NCBI GenBank assembly: GCA_052327205.1
Contig: CM126207.1
Span: 239,568,001 to 239,632,000 of the forward strand
Direction: 5' to 3'
DNA: 64,000 nt
Source of the DNA: Somniosus microcephalus
Taxonomy: Eukaryota
Shown one piece after another: positions 1 through 11,802 of this stretch. Every line of letters begins with the position of its first letter. Within the stretch, counting starts at the first letter, position 1. The notes below the pieces were generated by a model, which did no database searches, was not told where the DNA came from, and saw only the letters and a program-made list of their open reading frames with translations. A program made the position numbers and the translations under genes.

Positions 1-252
1 TGCTGCACAGGGCAGAGGGCATCAGCTCAGGGCTGCACCGCGCCTCAGCAGATGTCCCCAACACAGGGTTTACAGGCAAAGGATGAGCTTCCTCAACATG
101 ACTGAGCAGCAGTGCCAGAGGAGGCCGAGACTATTGTGACAGGTAGTGCAGATATTTGCACAATGCTCGATCAAGACCTGCAGCCCAGAGGAGTGGGTGG
201 ACATGAGCACATTGCTGCCAGGAATGGCCTAATCAATACCAGAGTCACCTAA
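1..252 (+). pseudogene. Internally deleted HARBI1-like transposase remnant
   Basis: Reads HRVYRQRMSFLNMTEQQCQRR...DICTMLDQDLQP (stop and frameshift inside), matching the N-terminus of the 60376-61518 transposase (RVYRQQSYLTMS...DICQLLHRDLQP). It jumps directly to a C-terminal-like AARNGLINTRVT* (cf. AARRRLIECHF*). The DDE core is absent. Confidence 0.65.
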
Positions 253-504
253 CTTTATGCAGCACAGACATGTGGCTGCCACATGCACATGAAGGTTGGC
301 ATCACCCCACTTCAACACCATAGAGCATCTCTACCATGGACTGTGCATTCCTTGCACTGTCACCACCATTGCTAGACATAAAAGACGTCCTTACCCTTCA
401 CTCTATCACCTCAAATTGTGAGCAGGCATATGGCAACGAATGCAAACATTCAGAAAAAATTAATTTATTACAACGAAGTAAAAGATCAGAAACTTAACAT
501 TCAT

Positions 505-2400
505 TTATAGCAGATCACCCAAGTGACTACCCGTGTGACTGTTTATGTGAGATCTTTCTTTTACGCGTGGTGCTACCCCTGTGGTTTCAGCAGATGTAAA
601 GGCAACCTGCTCACTTCCCTGCTGTGCCTGCTTAGACGTCTTTGGCGGTCGTCCTCTGGGTTTTGGAGCCTGTGAGGGCCCCACCATAGTCTGCTCCTCC
701 TGCGGCTGTGCGGGGGCAGACTCGCCCATCACTGTCCGGGGAGGCATCTGGGGCTCTGACCGAGGAGTTGACAAGGGGATGGAAGTTTGATCGCTTGGAG
801 AGGAGCCCCCACTTGCATGTCCCCTCTCATGGGCCACCCGCACGTCTCTGCTAGCAAGTAGATGGAGAGCACCTTGCTGCACATCAGTGGGGCCATGAGG
901 ACCCGCGTCTGTACTGACATTCCTCATAACAAGGATGTCCATGAACTTTTGGTTTCTCTCCTCAATAGATACCCATCTATCCTCCATGGATGACCATCTA
1001 TTTAGAACAGTTACCATGTTCTCCTGAGTTTGGTGATTTATGTCCTCCATGGAGGTTGCCATCCTTTCCAAGGCAGAACCAACAGTTGCCAGTGCGTGCG
1101 CCATAGCGTTGCTCATATTTGAGATAGACTCCTCCATTCTCTGCACACTCACAGTCACTGTGTTAGCAAACCCTGTCAGAGTCCCCTGAACTTGTTCCTG
1201 ATACTCCAGGATCGCCCTCTTCCTGGATGACCCCTGAGGCTCAGCATCTACATGTAGTTGAGCACAGCTAGGAGACTCCTGCGGCCACAGGTGAGGAGTC
1301 TCCACTGCTGTCCCTGTCTCCACCGTCTGATCTTGCTCACTTGTGAATTCTGATACACCAGATGACAACATTACTCTATCTCGCATAGGACCCACTGAGG
1401 TGTGTGACTCTGCGTTGGTGCTGGGTGCGCTTATTTCTGCTGATGCTGCTCCCTCAGAGGCTGGAAGATTCTCTGAGGAGTGCTCCTGCTCTTCCTCCTG
1501 GACAGTGGGGGGGCTCTTGATGGTCCTGTGGGAGAGTAACGACATGAGTTAGACATGTGATATGTAGATAGCAGACACATCCCATTATGCACATGATGAG
1601 CATTCAGTTTCTCTTGACATCATATGAGTCACTCATGAATGCCAACTAAGATGTATGGAAAATAACTCTGTCACCAGGTTGTTCTAATGAGCCCCTTTCT
1701 CCGTTCCCCACTTCAGGCTGGTCAATGACTCCTGTTATGCCCAGAGCTACCTCCTCAACGTTGGTGAGCACAGCCAATGATGGCAGTCCTCCTCCTGTTC
1801 TCTCCCTCTCCTCGTATTGTGGGCTCTCTTTTCCTGCAATGAGGGAATCAAGAGAAGTTTGAGTGAGAGTGATGGAATGAGAGTAAAGAATGGATGGGAT
1901 AGATGTTTAGAGGGAGACTATGATGGAGTGGGGTGCCAATACCAAGTTGCCTCCTTTTGAGTTGTTAGTTTTTGTCATTGCATAACAATGAGGGTGAGTG
2001 TGAGGGGTGCATAGTTAGATGGGGATGTGATTCTGTAGAGGGAGAGAAGGATGGGTGATGGTGCGAGGGATGTTGGGGTGAGTAAGGATGTGCAGGAGTA
2101 GGTTTGGCAATGCAGAGTGATGGGGATGTGATGACAGTCACAGCAGAATTAAGGTAAGTGTGCTTTTATACTCACTTTTCCTGAAAGCAGAAAATCATTA
2201 AAACTCTTCCTACATTGCACCGAGGTGTGAACAAACACACACCTCGCAGTGCCCTCCGCAGCTATTTGCAGCCAGGCTACCTTTGTCTGCTGAGGCGGTC
2301 TCCTCCTTCCATTCCCAGGGAATAGAACCTCCCTGCAAGAACATGGAGGGAGTCATCATTGAAACGTGGTGCAGCCCTTTGTCTGTCTGCAGTCAATGCA
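505..2400 (-). pseudogene. Harbinger Myb/SANT-like DNA-binding protein gene, three exons (about 2400-2176, 1833-~1670, 1525-505), disrupted
   Basis: Exon 1 has RAAPRFNDDSLHVL...AWLQIAAE...VQCRKSFND followed by a GTGAGT donor. Exon 2 has EKRAHN...TGGG with a frameshift. The last exon is the 346-aa ORF with an acidic stretch, a helical segment and PKPRGRPPK. Confidence 0.7.
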
Positions 2401-4333
2401 CTCGGGAGCATTGAATCAGAATTGAGAGCAAACGGGGACATGGCACCTTTAAATATACCGGCAACAAACGCGTCATCAGGTGACATCACCAGACCCGTAC
2501 CTTGTAATTGGGCCGGGTAACACGCAGGGTGGGCTTAACAAGCCCAATTAACGTAAAATCCTTTTCACAGCGTGGCTGGAGTTGGGAGCGGGACCCGCCA
2601 AAGACCTCTCCCGCCACGATCCCGCCTCCGATGGCAAAATCATGGCCAGGGTGTTACTAACAAGATGACACTGGGAAAAAAATTGCATATACCCCCCATG
2701 TGTCTTACATTTCTTACGTTTTATCATTAAGTCCTGATTTTCATGAACTATCTTCTATTCACATTTTCTCCTCTTTGTATCCTCCCAAAACAGGCAAACA
2801 GCCAGGGACATGTCAATGAGCTTCACTAATGCTGTTATGTATCAGCTGTCGAGGATGCTGCAAAAGAACCTTGCCAATGTTTTTCTACATCCCATCCGCA
2901 ATTTTTCTATGCGATGTTAAGGAACATGTCAGTTGATTTACATAGCTGCATTTCAAACTACAGATGGATTCAAAAGCAGTTGTTTTCAACATTCTTACTG
3001 AATTTACTTTGTTGTGAATAACCATGGCCAAGGATCCTCTTAATGAAAATCAGGATAACACATTCCTCATGTAGGATTCAGATAGAGCCCATTTGAGAAT
3101 TTAGTGGCATATATTTTATGTTAATGCACACAGCGGCAGATTTGTATGTTAAAAATGCAATGTTTCTTCCCTGCGAATAGAGGCTTTTCCCGAGTGTATC
3201 TTATTTTATATTGAAATTGTGACATTACTAAGCTCTTGTGCCAGTTACTTTCTTACAGGGATCTCAGAGACGAAAGAGAAGCCTACAACTAATAAGCATT
3301 TTTCTCATTAAATTTGATCTGTGTATGTAACTTGGCCTGAAAGTTATTAAAGATACATGGATGAATTCTATATATTTTGCCTGTGCTGCCTTACATGTAG
3401 TGCACAGTGTAAATTTTCATGAAGTTATGTGTTTGTGCAAAATCAGAATGCACTGTGATCAGAAATAACATTGGGTGGATTCATTTCAGAGATAATATCT
3501 GGATGTGGGGGGAAATATGCATTGATGATGAGGTGAGTACTTACCTAGTAAAATGGAGAAACATGATAAAAGTGTTAAGGAGTTAACGATCCTGGAGTTC
3601 CCTAGATTAGATCATGTCATTGGGTTTGCAATCTATATTACTGTTATCAACAACTCCCTATGGATGATAATATGGCCTATGGCTTCCCAAGCATTGTACC
3701 AACTGTACACAAAGGTCAAAAAGATCCCATAACACGGTTGATGTGGCAGAAAAGTGCACCATTGTTCAGTGCCTGTTGCAAGAGGGCCACAGTGAAATTT
3801 GAGCATTTTGTTCCTGGGTGGCCCTGACCATCCACATGATACCTCAACTGAACTGTTGTATCTCAGCAGCTCGATTTTGATCAGGCACTGTCGTCCTGCA
3901 CCCTGCTTCAACAGAAAAAGGTCCGCTTCCCCTGTAAATTCCAACAGCCACAGGAAATCCCAGCCCTGTAAACTCGGTGCTCTCCCAGCAGGTCATGAGC
4001 AATGTGCTGGGAGCAATATTTAAATATTCTAAAGAGCTTTATTGTGTGAAGCCAGCTCATCTGTGTGCAGCAGACTTTAGCTGTTGACCTTTATCTTAGC
4101 CAGGCTTTCAATTGATGCCATAAAAGCAGTACTTCCAGTTCAGGGCAGCCCAGTGGTACTGCATATTGGAGTTACGCAAGTGAGCCATGTTGCTTTGGGG
4201 AAACAGGTAGTGGTAGCAAAGCATTGCCCCATATGGACAGCAGAAGTAGGGAAATTGGAGCAATATCCATCCCAGATCATATTCCCACATTGGTTGCTTC
4301 AAAGCAGCATTGGTGATTCCTGGCAGTAGGTTG

Positions 4334-4547
4334 TGACATAATAAAACTCACTACACACTTGGTTTGAGCATAATCAAATTGTTTCAGAACATGGAGGTCT
4401 AGTTGTACTTCACTAGTTCCTGTCTTACAAAATGTCCCTGCAAGCTGGGCCCACACCCGAGTATTTATACTCCTTGGACGGCGCCACCAGCTGGCCGTCC
4501 AATGTTATTTCATGAGTAGTTTCTTTATGATGATGAGATTTATAACA
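4334..4547 (-). repeat. 3' LTR of Gypsy element 1
   Basis: TG...CA ends; shares gtatttatactccttggacggcgccaccagctggccg (37 bp) exactly with 9021-9057; polypurine tract adjacent on the - strand. Confidence 0.75.
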
Positions 4548-4588
4548 TTCTTCCTGTCTAAAAGATTTAGAAGTCCGACGACTTCCTC

Positions 4589-7500
4589 CTAACGGATTAG
4601 GTGGACCACAAACAGCCGCAGTCTTTTAGATCTTTGTTTATGGCTGGAAGGCACGTCTCCCCGGACTGTGTCTTGGTCCCTGGGCCGCTTGATCCGTACC
4701 GGTGGATCAACAGGGCCCGTGTTGCCCTGATCGACCCGAGGGAGGCTGGGGAGATCGTGACTCCGGGTGCGGGTCCCCACAGGCGCAGAGCTGGCTTCAT
4801 CCTGTTTGATAGCCGGGGATTGACCAGCGTCCTGGCATCGGGTGGCCATCCCACGGGGAGCACTCGGCTCCCCGAGTAGATCTGGTGGGGCAGCCGGCAG
4901 ATCTCTCGATGTCCCAGGTAGGGCGTCATCTTCAAGGGAGCGCAGAGTGTCAGCATCATCACCGTGGGTCCCTCTATCAGTTGGGTCCGTGGGACCGGCT
5001 GGATAGGAAGCCAGGTCCCAGAGCAAAACGCTGGACTCCCGGTCATGAGGGTACCGCACGTGCGCGTACGTGGGATTAACATCCGTGAGTTCTACCTCGT
5101 CGACGAGGGGATCGTTTTTAGAAGATCGGACGAATCTTCGGAGCAGCACGGGGCCGGGCGCTGCCAACCATGATGGTAGGGACGTCCCATGAGTGGAGCG
5201 ACGCTGGAACCTGAAGAATCGCTCGTGAGGTGTGACATTGGTGGACGTAGAAAGAAGAGACCTGATGGAATGCAACACGTCAGGGAGCATAGTTTCCCAC
5301 TGCTGGTCTGGTAGGTTGCGTGACCTTAGTGCAAGACGAACAGCGTTCCAAATGATAACGTTGTATCTCTCAACCTGTCCGTTACCTATGGGATGATACG
5401 GTGTCGTTTTACTTGTGGCGATTCCCCATTGGGAAAGATAACTTTGAGTTCGCTTGACATGAAGGAGGGACCCCGATCAGAGTGGATGAAATTGGCCGTA
5501 CCGCAAAGGGAAAAGACTTGATCAAGGCATTTGATCACTGTGGAAGTAAGCATATTGGGACAGGGGAAAGCAAAGGGAAAGCGTGAATATTCGTCCACCA
5601 TAGTAAGTAAGTAGGTGTTTTGCGTTGAGGAAGGCAGTGGCCCTTTAAAGTCAATGCTGAGCCGCTGCATAGCATGTATAAGCGAGCCATCCGATGGACG
5701 GAAGAATTGCAGTTTTAATTCCACACAAATTCTACAGGAGGAGCATGTTCTTTTCACATCTTCTGTAGAAAATGGGAGATTTTTAAATCGCACAAAGTGC
5801 AACATACAGATAACGCCAGGATGGCATAAGTCAGTATGAAGATCTGCAAGAGTCGAAGTTGACATAGAAGAGCAGAATGCCCATGTGAGGGTATCTGGGG
5901 CCACATTCTCTTTGCCGGGTTGATAATGTATGGTGTATCCAAAGGCGGCCAATTCCATCCTCCAGAGTTGTATTTTGTTATTCTTGATCTTAGTGCGTTT
6001 CCGGTTATCAAGCATAAAGGCCACGGAGCGCTGATCAGTTATAAGTGTGAAATGGCGATGAGCGAGAAAATGACTCGATTTACGTACAGCTTCGATGATG
6101 GCCGTAGCCTCCTTCTCGACAGGAGGATAATGGAGCTCGCTACCTTGCAAAGTTCTGGACAGAAATGCAACGGGTCAACCACCTTGATTCAAGGTAGCAG
6201 AGATCGCCACATCCGATGCATCGTACTCAACCACGAAAGGAAGATTTTCATCAATGGAACGAAGCGTGGCTTTTTCCAGTTGTCGCTTGAGGAGGTTGAA
6301 AGCTGAAATAGTCAGTGCCTCCAACGGAAATGACTTTGCATGAAGCAGAGGCTGGATCTTGTTGGAGAAGTGGGGTATCCACTTCGCATAATAGGCGAAC
6401 ATGCCGAGTGCCCGACGAAGAGAGACGAGATTCGTAGGGGGAGGGAGCTCCTGAAGCGGACGAAGTCACTCCGGATCCAGTTTGATGACACTGTTGCCCA
6501 CCCAGTAGCCAAGGATGCTGACTGATGGTACTGATTTCACAGATTTGGACTCATTTAAGGTTAAGTTGCGACGACGGAGAACGTCAAAAAATTTCTGGAG
6601 GTTGGCATCATGCTCCTTCTGGTCATGACCAGCAATGGTGATATTATCCAGTTACAGATAAGTGTCCGTTAAGTTCTCCTGTTTGACTAGGCTATCCATT
6701 GCCCGTTGAAAGACGGCCACCCCATTGGTGACCCCAAATGGAAGGCGAGAAAACTGATAAAGCCGACCATTGGCCTCAAAGGCCGTATACTTTTTGTCAG
6801 AGTTCTTTAACGGTACTTGATGGTATGCGCTCTTTAAATCAAAAGTTGAAAATACCTTATAGTTGGCAAGATTATTGACCATGTCATCGATATGTGGTAG
6901 TGGGTAGGCATCCAGGTCAGTATACTGGTTAATAGTTTGCGAGTAATCGATGCAAAGATGTTTCTTGTGTTGCTTCAGAGGATTTTTAACAACGACGATT
7001 TGAGCCCGCCAGGAAGATGAACATGGCTCAATGATACCGTCAGCTAGAAGGCGAGAGATTTCTGCCTCGATAAAGGATCGATCATCTTGGCTGAAACGTC
7101 GTGATTTAGTGACTATGGGCTTACATCGGGGGGAAAGATTTGCAAACAAGGAGGGCTCATCGAGTGAAGCCGCCGAAAGTGCACAAAACGGTACTTTGGA
7201 AATAGTAAGCTCCGGCTTTGACCCTCCAAACTCGAAAGTGAGTCTTTTGTGTTGTTTCTGGAAATCCTGTCCCAGGAGCACATCACTGCATAGGTTTTTG
7301 AACACCCTGAGCCGGGTGGAGAAATAAGTGTGGCCATTTAGAATAAGGTCGACAAGACAAAAGCCGGAAGAATTGGTGGTCAGTGTCGTCAGAGCCATTG
7401 CAATTTCCCTGTCCAAGGGGTAAGTACGCAGTTTTAACTTACTGACAGCCCACTCACTAATTAAGCTGTCAGAGCTGCATGAGTCGATTCGTGCACTCAA

Positions 7501-8778
7501 AATGTGTCCATTTACCGAAACCTTCGTGGCTGCATGGGACAGACTTTGGGGGAAAACAGCTGTGATGGGAGGAGGGGCAGTTTTACACTTGACAGCTGTA
7601 ACCTTGGTAGTGCTTCTTCGGGGGGGGGGGAGCAGTTTTATAGATTGCAGCTGTAACCTTAGTAGTGGCTCTTGGGGGAGGAGCAGTTTTATAGATAGTA
7701 GCTGCAAAACTAACTGGGGCTCTCGACCGGTATACCTTAGAAAAGTGGCCTTTCTTACCAACAGAGGCTCTTGACTGGCATACCTTAGAAAAGTGAACTT
7801 TCTTACTGCAATGATTGCAGGTTGCGTTACGAGCAGGACAACATTTCCTATAGTGGAATGCACCTCCACAGAAGAAACACTTCCTTCCAGATTGCCAAGA
7901 TGCCGCTAGGGCAGGGCCGTCATCTGTGAAGGCTTCTAGGGTAGGGTTGTCATCCGCTAGGTTAGAGTCATCATCAGTGAGGGCTTCCGCCCAAGACCTA
8001 TCGAAGGAGTCATTAAAAGTGATAGCAGCAGCCCGTGCACGTGGTAAAAGATAGGTATCTGCATTCCTCTTTGCTAAGCTCAGGGAACATGCCTGGTCGT
8101 AGGCAGCCTGTAACTTGAGGGTATTATTCTCCAACAGACGCTGGCGTATGAAGGGAGACGTAATTCCGTTAATAAAAGAATTAGCTCCTTCTGGTACTGC
8201 TCAGCTGTAACAGCTTTAAGATTACAATCCTTGCTGAGCCTGCGAAGCTTTTGAAGGAATTCGTCAAGCAATTTCCCGGGTTGTTGTCGAGTAGTGGCCA
8301 GCAGATGCCAAGCAAAAATTTCGTTTGGGGCCTTAACATATAGTCGCTGTAATATTAGGATAGCGGAGTCATAGTCTACACAGTCTTCTGTAGTGTCCGT
8401 GTGTAGATAAAGACACTGAAGACAGGAGTTGGTTCATAGGTATTTACTAAGCAAGTCTGGGGGGGGGGGGTTCTAAAGGATATACACAATACACAGGCTT
8501 ATATAGCCCAAGTGGCAATTACCGGCATTACGCACACCTGGGGCTCTTAAAGGCACATACACCACAATTGCTCTTAAAGGCACATACACCACATCTTCGA
8601 TATAGTCAAACACATAAGGAGATACATAATTGGCAAGTATCTCTAATTTATCAGAAACATTCTCCCCACACACCCTGAGGAAGTTGCTGAAGATATGATA
8701 CCAGTGTTTCCATATCTTAGCAGTTGTAGGTGAATTCGGGTCCAGGCCAAGACGGGCAGGTCTGAGTCGTTTGTCCAT
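4589..8778 (-). pseudogene. Gypsy gag-pol, frameshifted and interrupted
   Basis: Fragments: gag MDKRLRPARLGLDPNSP (8778); CFFCGGAFHYRKCC and CNHCSKKVHFSKVC knuckles; protease IDSCSSDS; RT (YPLPHIDDM, FSTFDLKSAYHQV, LPFGVTNG, YL-DN split by a frameshift near 6650); RNase H (YDASDVAI, EKEATAI); integrase (SIDFKGPL, HSDRGPSF). Confidence 0.9.
8389..8593. mobile_element. Solo LTR inserted in the gag of Gypsy element 1
   Basis: TGTAGTG...CACCACA ends with 5-bp TSD TCTTC (8384-8388, 8594-8598). Removing it rejoins gag (YVFDYIED/CVDYDSAI). Its right end resembles the 40806-41006 LTR. Confidence 0.85.
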
Positions 8779-8881
8779 GATGGATTGATTGCTACGTCGG
8801 AGTTCCCTTCTACAGTTGAAGTCGTAGCTGGCTGTTCCCGAAATTACTCAGAGCGTGGAGCTGATACACAGTTGATTAAAT

Positions 8882-9090
8882 TGATGTAAAAAGACTACTG
8901 AGCTCTTGGTTTGAGTATAAAACAAGGCTTTAATCAACTGTTTCAAAACCATGAGATTTCTAGTTACATCACTAGTTCCTGGTTATAGAAACATCCTGAG
9001 CAATCTGCGCCCACGCCCGGGTATTTATACTCCTTGGACGGCGCCACCAGCTGGCCGCCCAGTGTTACTTCATGAGTCATGAAAAGATTC
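8882..9090 (-). repeat. 5' LTR of Gypsy element 1 (outer end probably truncated by CR1)
   Basis: Starts tgatgtaa versus tgacataa in the other LTR (both derivable from tgacgtaa by CpG decay); TATA-like gtataaatac on - at 9021-9030. Confidence 0.75.
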
Positions 9091-10945
9091 ATGACAGTCA
9101 GCATGGATTTGTTAAGGGAAGGTCGTGTCTGAGAAACTTGCTTGAATTTTTTGAGGAGGTAACAAGGAGGGTAGATGAGGGTAGTGCATTTGATGTAGTG
9201 TAATTGGACTTTAGCAAGGCTTTTGATAAGGTTCCACATGGCAGACTGGTCACGAAGTTAAAAGCCCATGGGATCCAGGGCAAAGTGTCAAGTTGGATTC
9301 AAAACTGGCTCGGAGGCAGGAAGCAGAGGGTAATGGTTGATGGGTATTTTTGTGACTGGAAGGCTGTTCCCAGTGGGGTTCCGCAGGGCTCAGTACTAGG
9401 TCCCTTGCTTTTTGTGGTATATATCAATGATCTTGACTTGAATATAGGGGGTATGATTAAGAAGTTTGCAGATGATACTAAAATCGGCTGTGTGGTTGAT
9501 ACTGAAGAAGGAAGCTGTAGACTACAGGAAAATATCAATAAATTGGTCAGGTGGGCAGAACAGTGGCAAATGGAATTGAATCCGGAGAAGTGTGAGGTAA
9601 TGCATTTGGGCAGGGCTAACAAGGAAAGGGAATACACATTAAATGGTAGTGTTCTGGACTTATTACATGCAGATAGCACCCTCTAGTGGTAGTTAATGTA
9701 TAGCAGTGTTAGTATACTCGAGAGGTCATTTGACCTAGTTCCTGTCTCAACCCGGAAGTAGTTTTTCAGAAAGAACTTACTGAGTAATGGAGAATCCCTC
9801 ATGTGAGATCCTCAATCCAGTGCCATCTCATCTCATATGCAAGGCCAGATGCAATGTCTGTGAGTATCTTTGTTTGTTAACATGATAGCAACTTTGTCAG
9901 TGTAGTATTTGACAATACTTTGTTTATAAGAAGTTAGTAGTTGTTAGCTACAGAAGTCTAGCTCAAGTGCCATTTAGTTATACAATTAATCTATTCTATT
10001 GTTATAAATATGTTTATATCTTATGTAACATCTAATGTATAGTACTTAGTTCTATGTACCAAACATACTTTGTCTTTGTTTACAGTTTCACAAATTTGTT
10101 GAAGTAAAGCTTCAAAACAGCAAACCGGCTTCTCGAGGAATTATTTGAATAAGTGTTTAGCTTGCTGGATAACTAGATAGGAGCACGTCTAGCGAGACCA
10201 GTACAGGTAGGACACTGAATAGTGTAGAGGAACAAAGGGACCTTGGAGTGCATGTCCACAGGTCCCTGAAGGTAGCAGGCCAGGTAGCTAAGGTGGTTAA
10301 GGCGGCATACGGAATGCTTGCCTTTATTAGCCATGGCATAGAATACAAGAGCAGGGGGGTTATGCTTCAACTGTATAAAACACCAGTTAGGCCTCAGCTA
10401 GAGCACTGTGTGCAGTTCTGGTCCCCACATTACAGGAAAGGTGTGATTGCACTAGAGAGGATACAGATGAGATTTACTAGGATGTTGCCGGGAGTAGAGC
10501 ATCTTAGCTATGAGGAAAGACTGGATAGGCTGGGTTTGTTTTCCTTGGAACAGAGGAGGCTGAGGGGAGACCTTATTGAGGTGTATAAAATTATGAAGGG
10601 CCTAGATAAAGTGGATAGAAGGGACCTATTTCCCTTAGGAGAGGGGTCAAAAACCAGGGGGCACAGATTTAAAGTAATTGGTGGAATGTTTAGAGGGGAT
10701 TTGAGGGGAAATGTCTTCCCCCCCAGAGGGCTGTGGGTGTCTGTGGAGTTTGGAACTCACTGCCTGAAAGGGTGGTAGAGGCAGAAACCCTAACCACATT
10801 TAAAAAGTACTTGGATGTGCACTTGGGATGCTGTAACCTGCAGGGCTACGGACCAACAGCTGGGAAGTCGGATTAGGCTGGATAGCTCTTTGTTGGCTTG
10901 CGCGGACGCAATGGGCTGAAATGGCCTCAACTTTCTATGATTCTA
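9091..10945 (+). mobile_element. 5'-truncated CR1 LINE (RT and 3' UTR), interrupted by a solo LTR
   Basis: SQHGFVKGRSCL, DFSKAFDKVPH, GVPQGSVLGP, KFADDTK, VRPQLEHCVQFWSP, RRLRGDLIEVYK; tail ending in ttctatgattctat. Confidence 0.93.
9650..10205. mobile_element. Solo LTR (556 bp) inserted in CR1
   Basis: TGTTCTGG...CCAGTACA termini with TSD GGTAG (9645-9649, 10206-10210). The sister CR1 copy near 63705 shows the empty site (aaatggtaggacactgag). Confidence 0.9.
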
Positions 10946-10946
10946 T

Positions 10947-11362
10947 ATTTAAAATTAATTAAAATACAATTTAATTAAATATTTTTTTTTTTAATTAATT
11001 TTTTGAAAAATAAATCTAAATGTTTTAAAGAGGCTAAAAATAACAGTACCTTATTTTACAGGTGTTTTAATGTTTAAATGATTGAAAAAATTATTTTTAT
11101 ATTCATTGAAACTCTTACGCTGGTAAAAGCAGGCTTTACGCCTGCTTTTACCAGGCATAAGAATTTCACGGGCATTCACAGGGCAGTAGTTGGGCAAGCC
11201 AACTCTCTGCCCTTCTCCCGGGGATGTGGATGATCTGTCAAGAAGATTCTTGACAGATCACAAGTTCCGGGTTTTTGCGCATGCGCTTCGCACGCGAAAA
11301 CCCGGAACTTGCAGGGCCCTTACGGGCGCGTATGCACCCATAGACACCGAAAAATACGGGTC
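10947..11362. mobile_element. Partial Harbinger-type MITE (one half), similar to 53860-54251
   Basis: AT-rich core followed by cttacgctggtaaaagcagg...cctgcttttaccagg and a TIR-like end aaaaatacgggtc. Confidence 0.6.
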
Positions 11363-11802
11363 ATTAAATTCAAAACTTCATTTGTTGATGGGAGGGGTCT
11401 TATCATATTTCTCACTTACAATAGCAGTATTACAATGCTCTTTTCTCTGTCACAAAGCTGAATCACATACTCAAAATATTCTGATTAACTAACTAAGCTT
11501 TTAGTTTAAGTTAGATGGGAGTTTTGAATATTTATTTTTAAATATTTGGTGTTGATGCTATCAACATGGGATGGCAAATAGGAATCGCTAAGTGCTATAA
11601 TGACAAATAATTGAATTTTATCAGTGGACACAGTAATTAGCCTTAGGTGCTTCAGTGATCATATTGAGTATCTTTATTCAAGTCCACATACAGGCACTGT
11701 AACTTCTGAAAACCAGTTTTGCTAATAATATCATTGGCACTCAAATCTTACGTACTTCTAGAAATGCATTTGAAACATTTAAAGTCAAATTTCTAACACT
11801 AT

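Larger units (their letters stand above)
1..2647. mobile_element. Decayed PIF/Harbinger DNA transposon (left end lies outside the window)
   Basis: Convergent layout: transposase remnant on + (1-252) and Myb/SANT-like gene on - (505-~2400), as in the element at 57.5-62 kb. GC-rich subterminal region ends in ...gcaaaatcatggcc (2647), resembling the Harbinger-type TIRs elsewhere in the window. Confidence 0.75.
4334..9090 (-). mobile_element. Decayed Ty3/Gypsy LTR retrotransposon
   Basis: Related but diverged LTRs at 4334-4547 and 8882-~9090. PPT (agacaggaagaa on -) next to the left LTR. gag (ATG 8778), CCHC knuckles, protease, RT, RNase H and integrase in Gypsy order. Right end abuts a CR1; no TSD found. 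Confidence 0.9.

Noticed and set aside
3560-4330. Short ORFs 3633-3944 and 4108-4302 as host exons
   Set aside because: No recognisable domain; composition suggests a very old LINE remnant, but too decayed to annotate.
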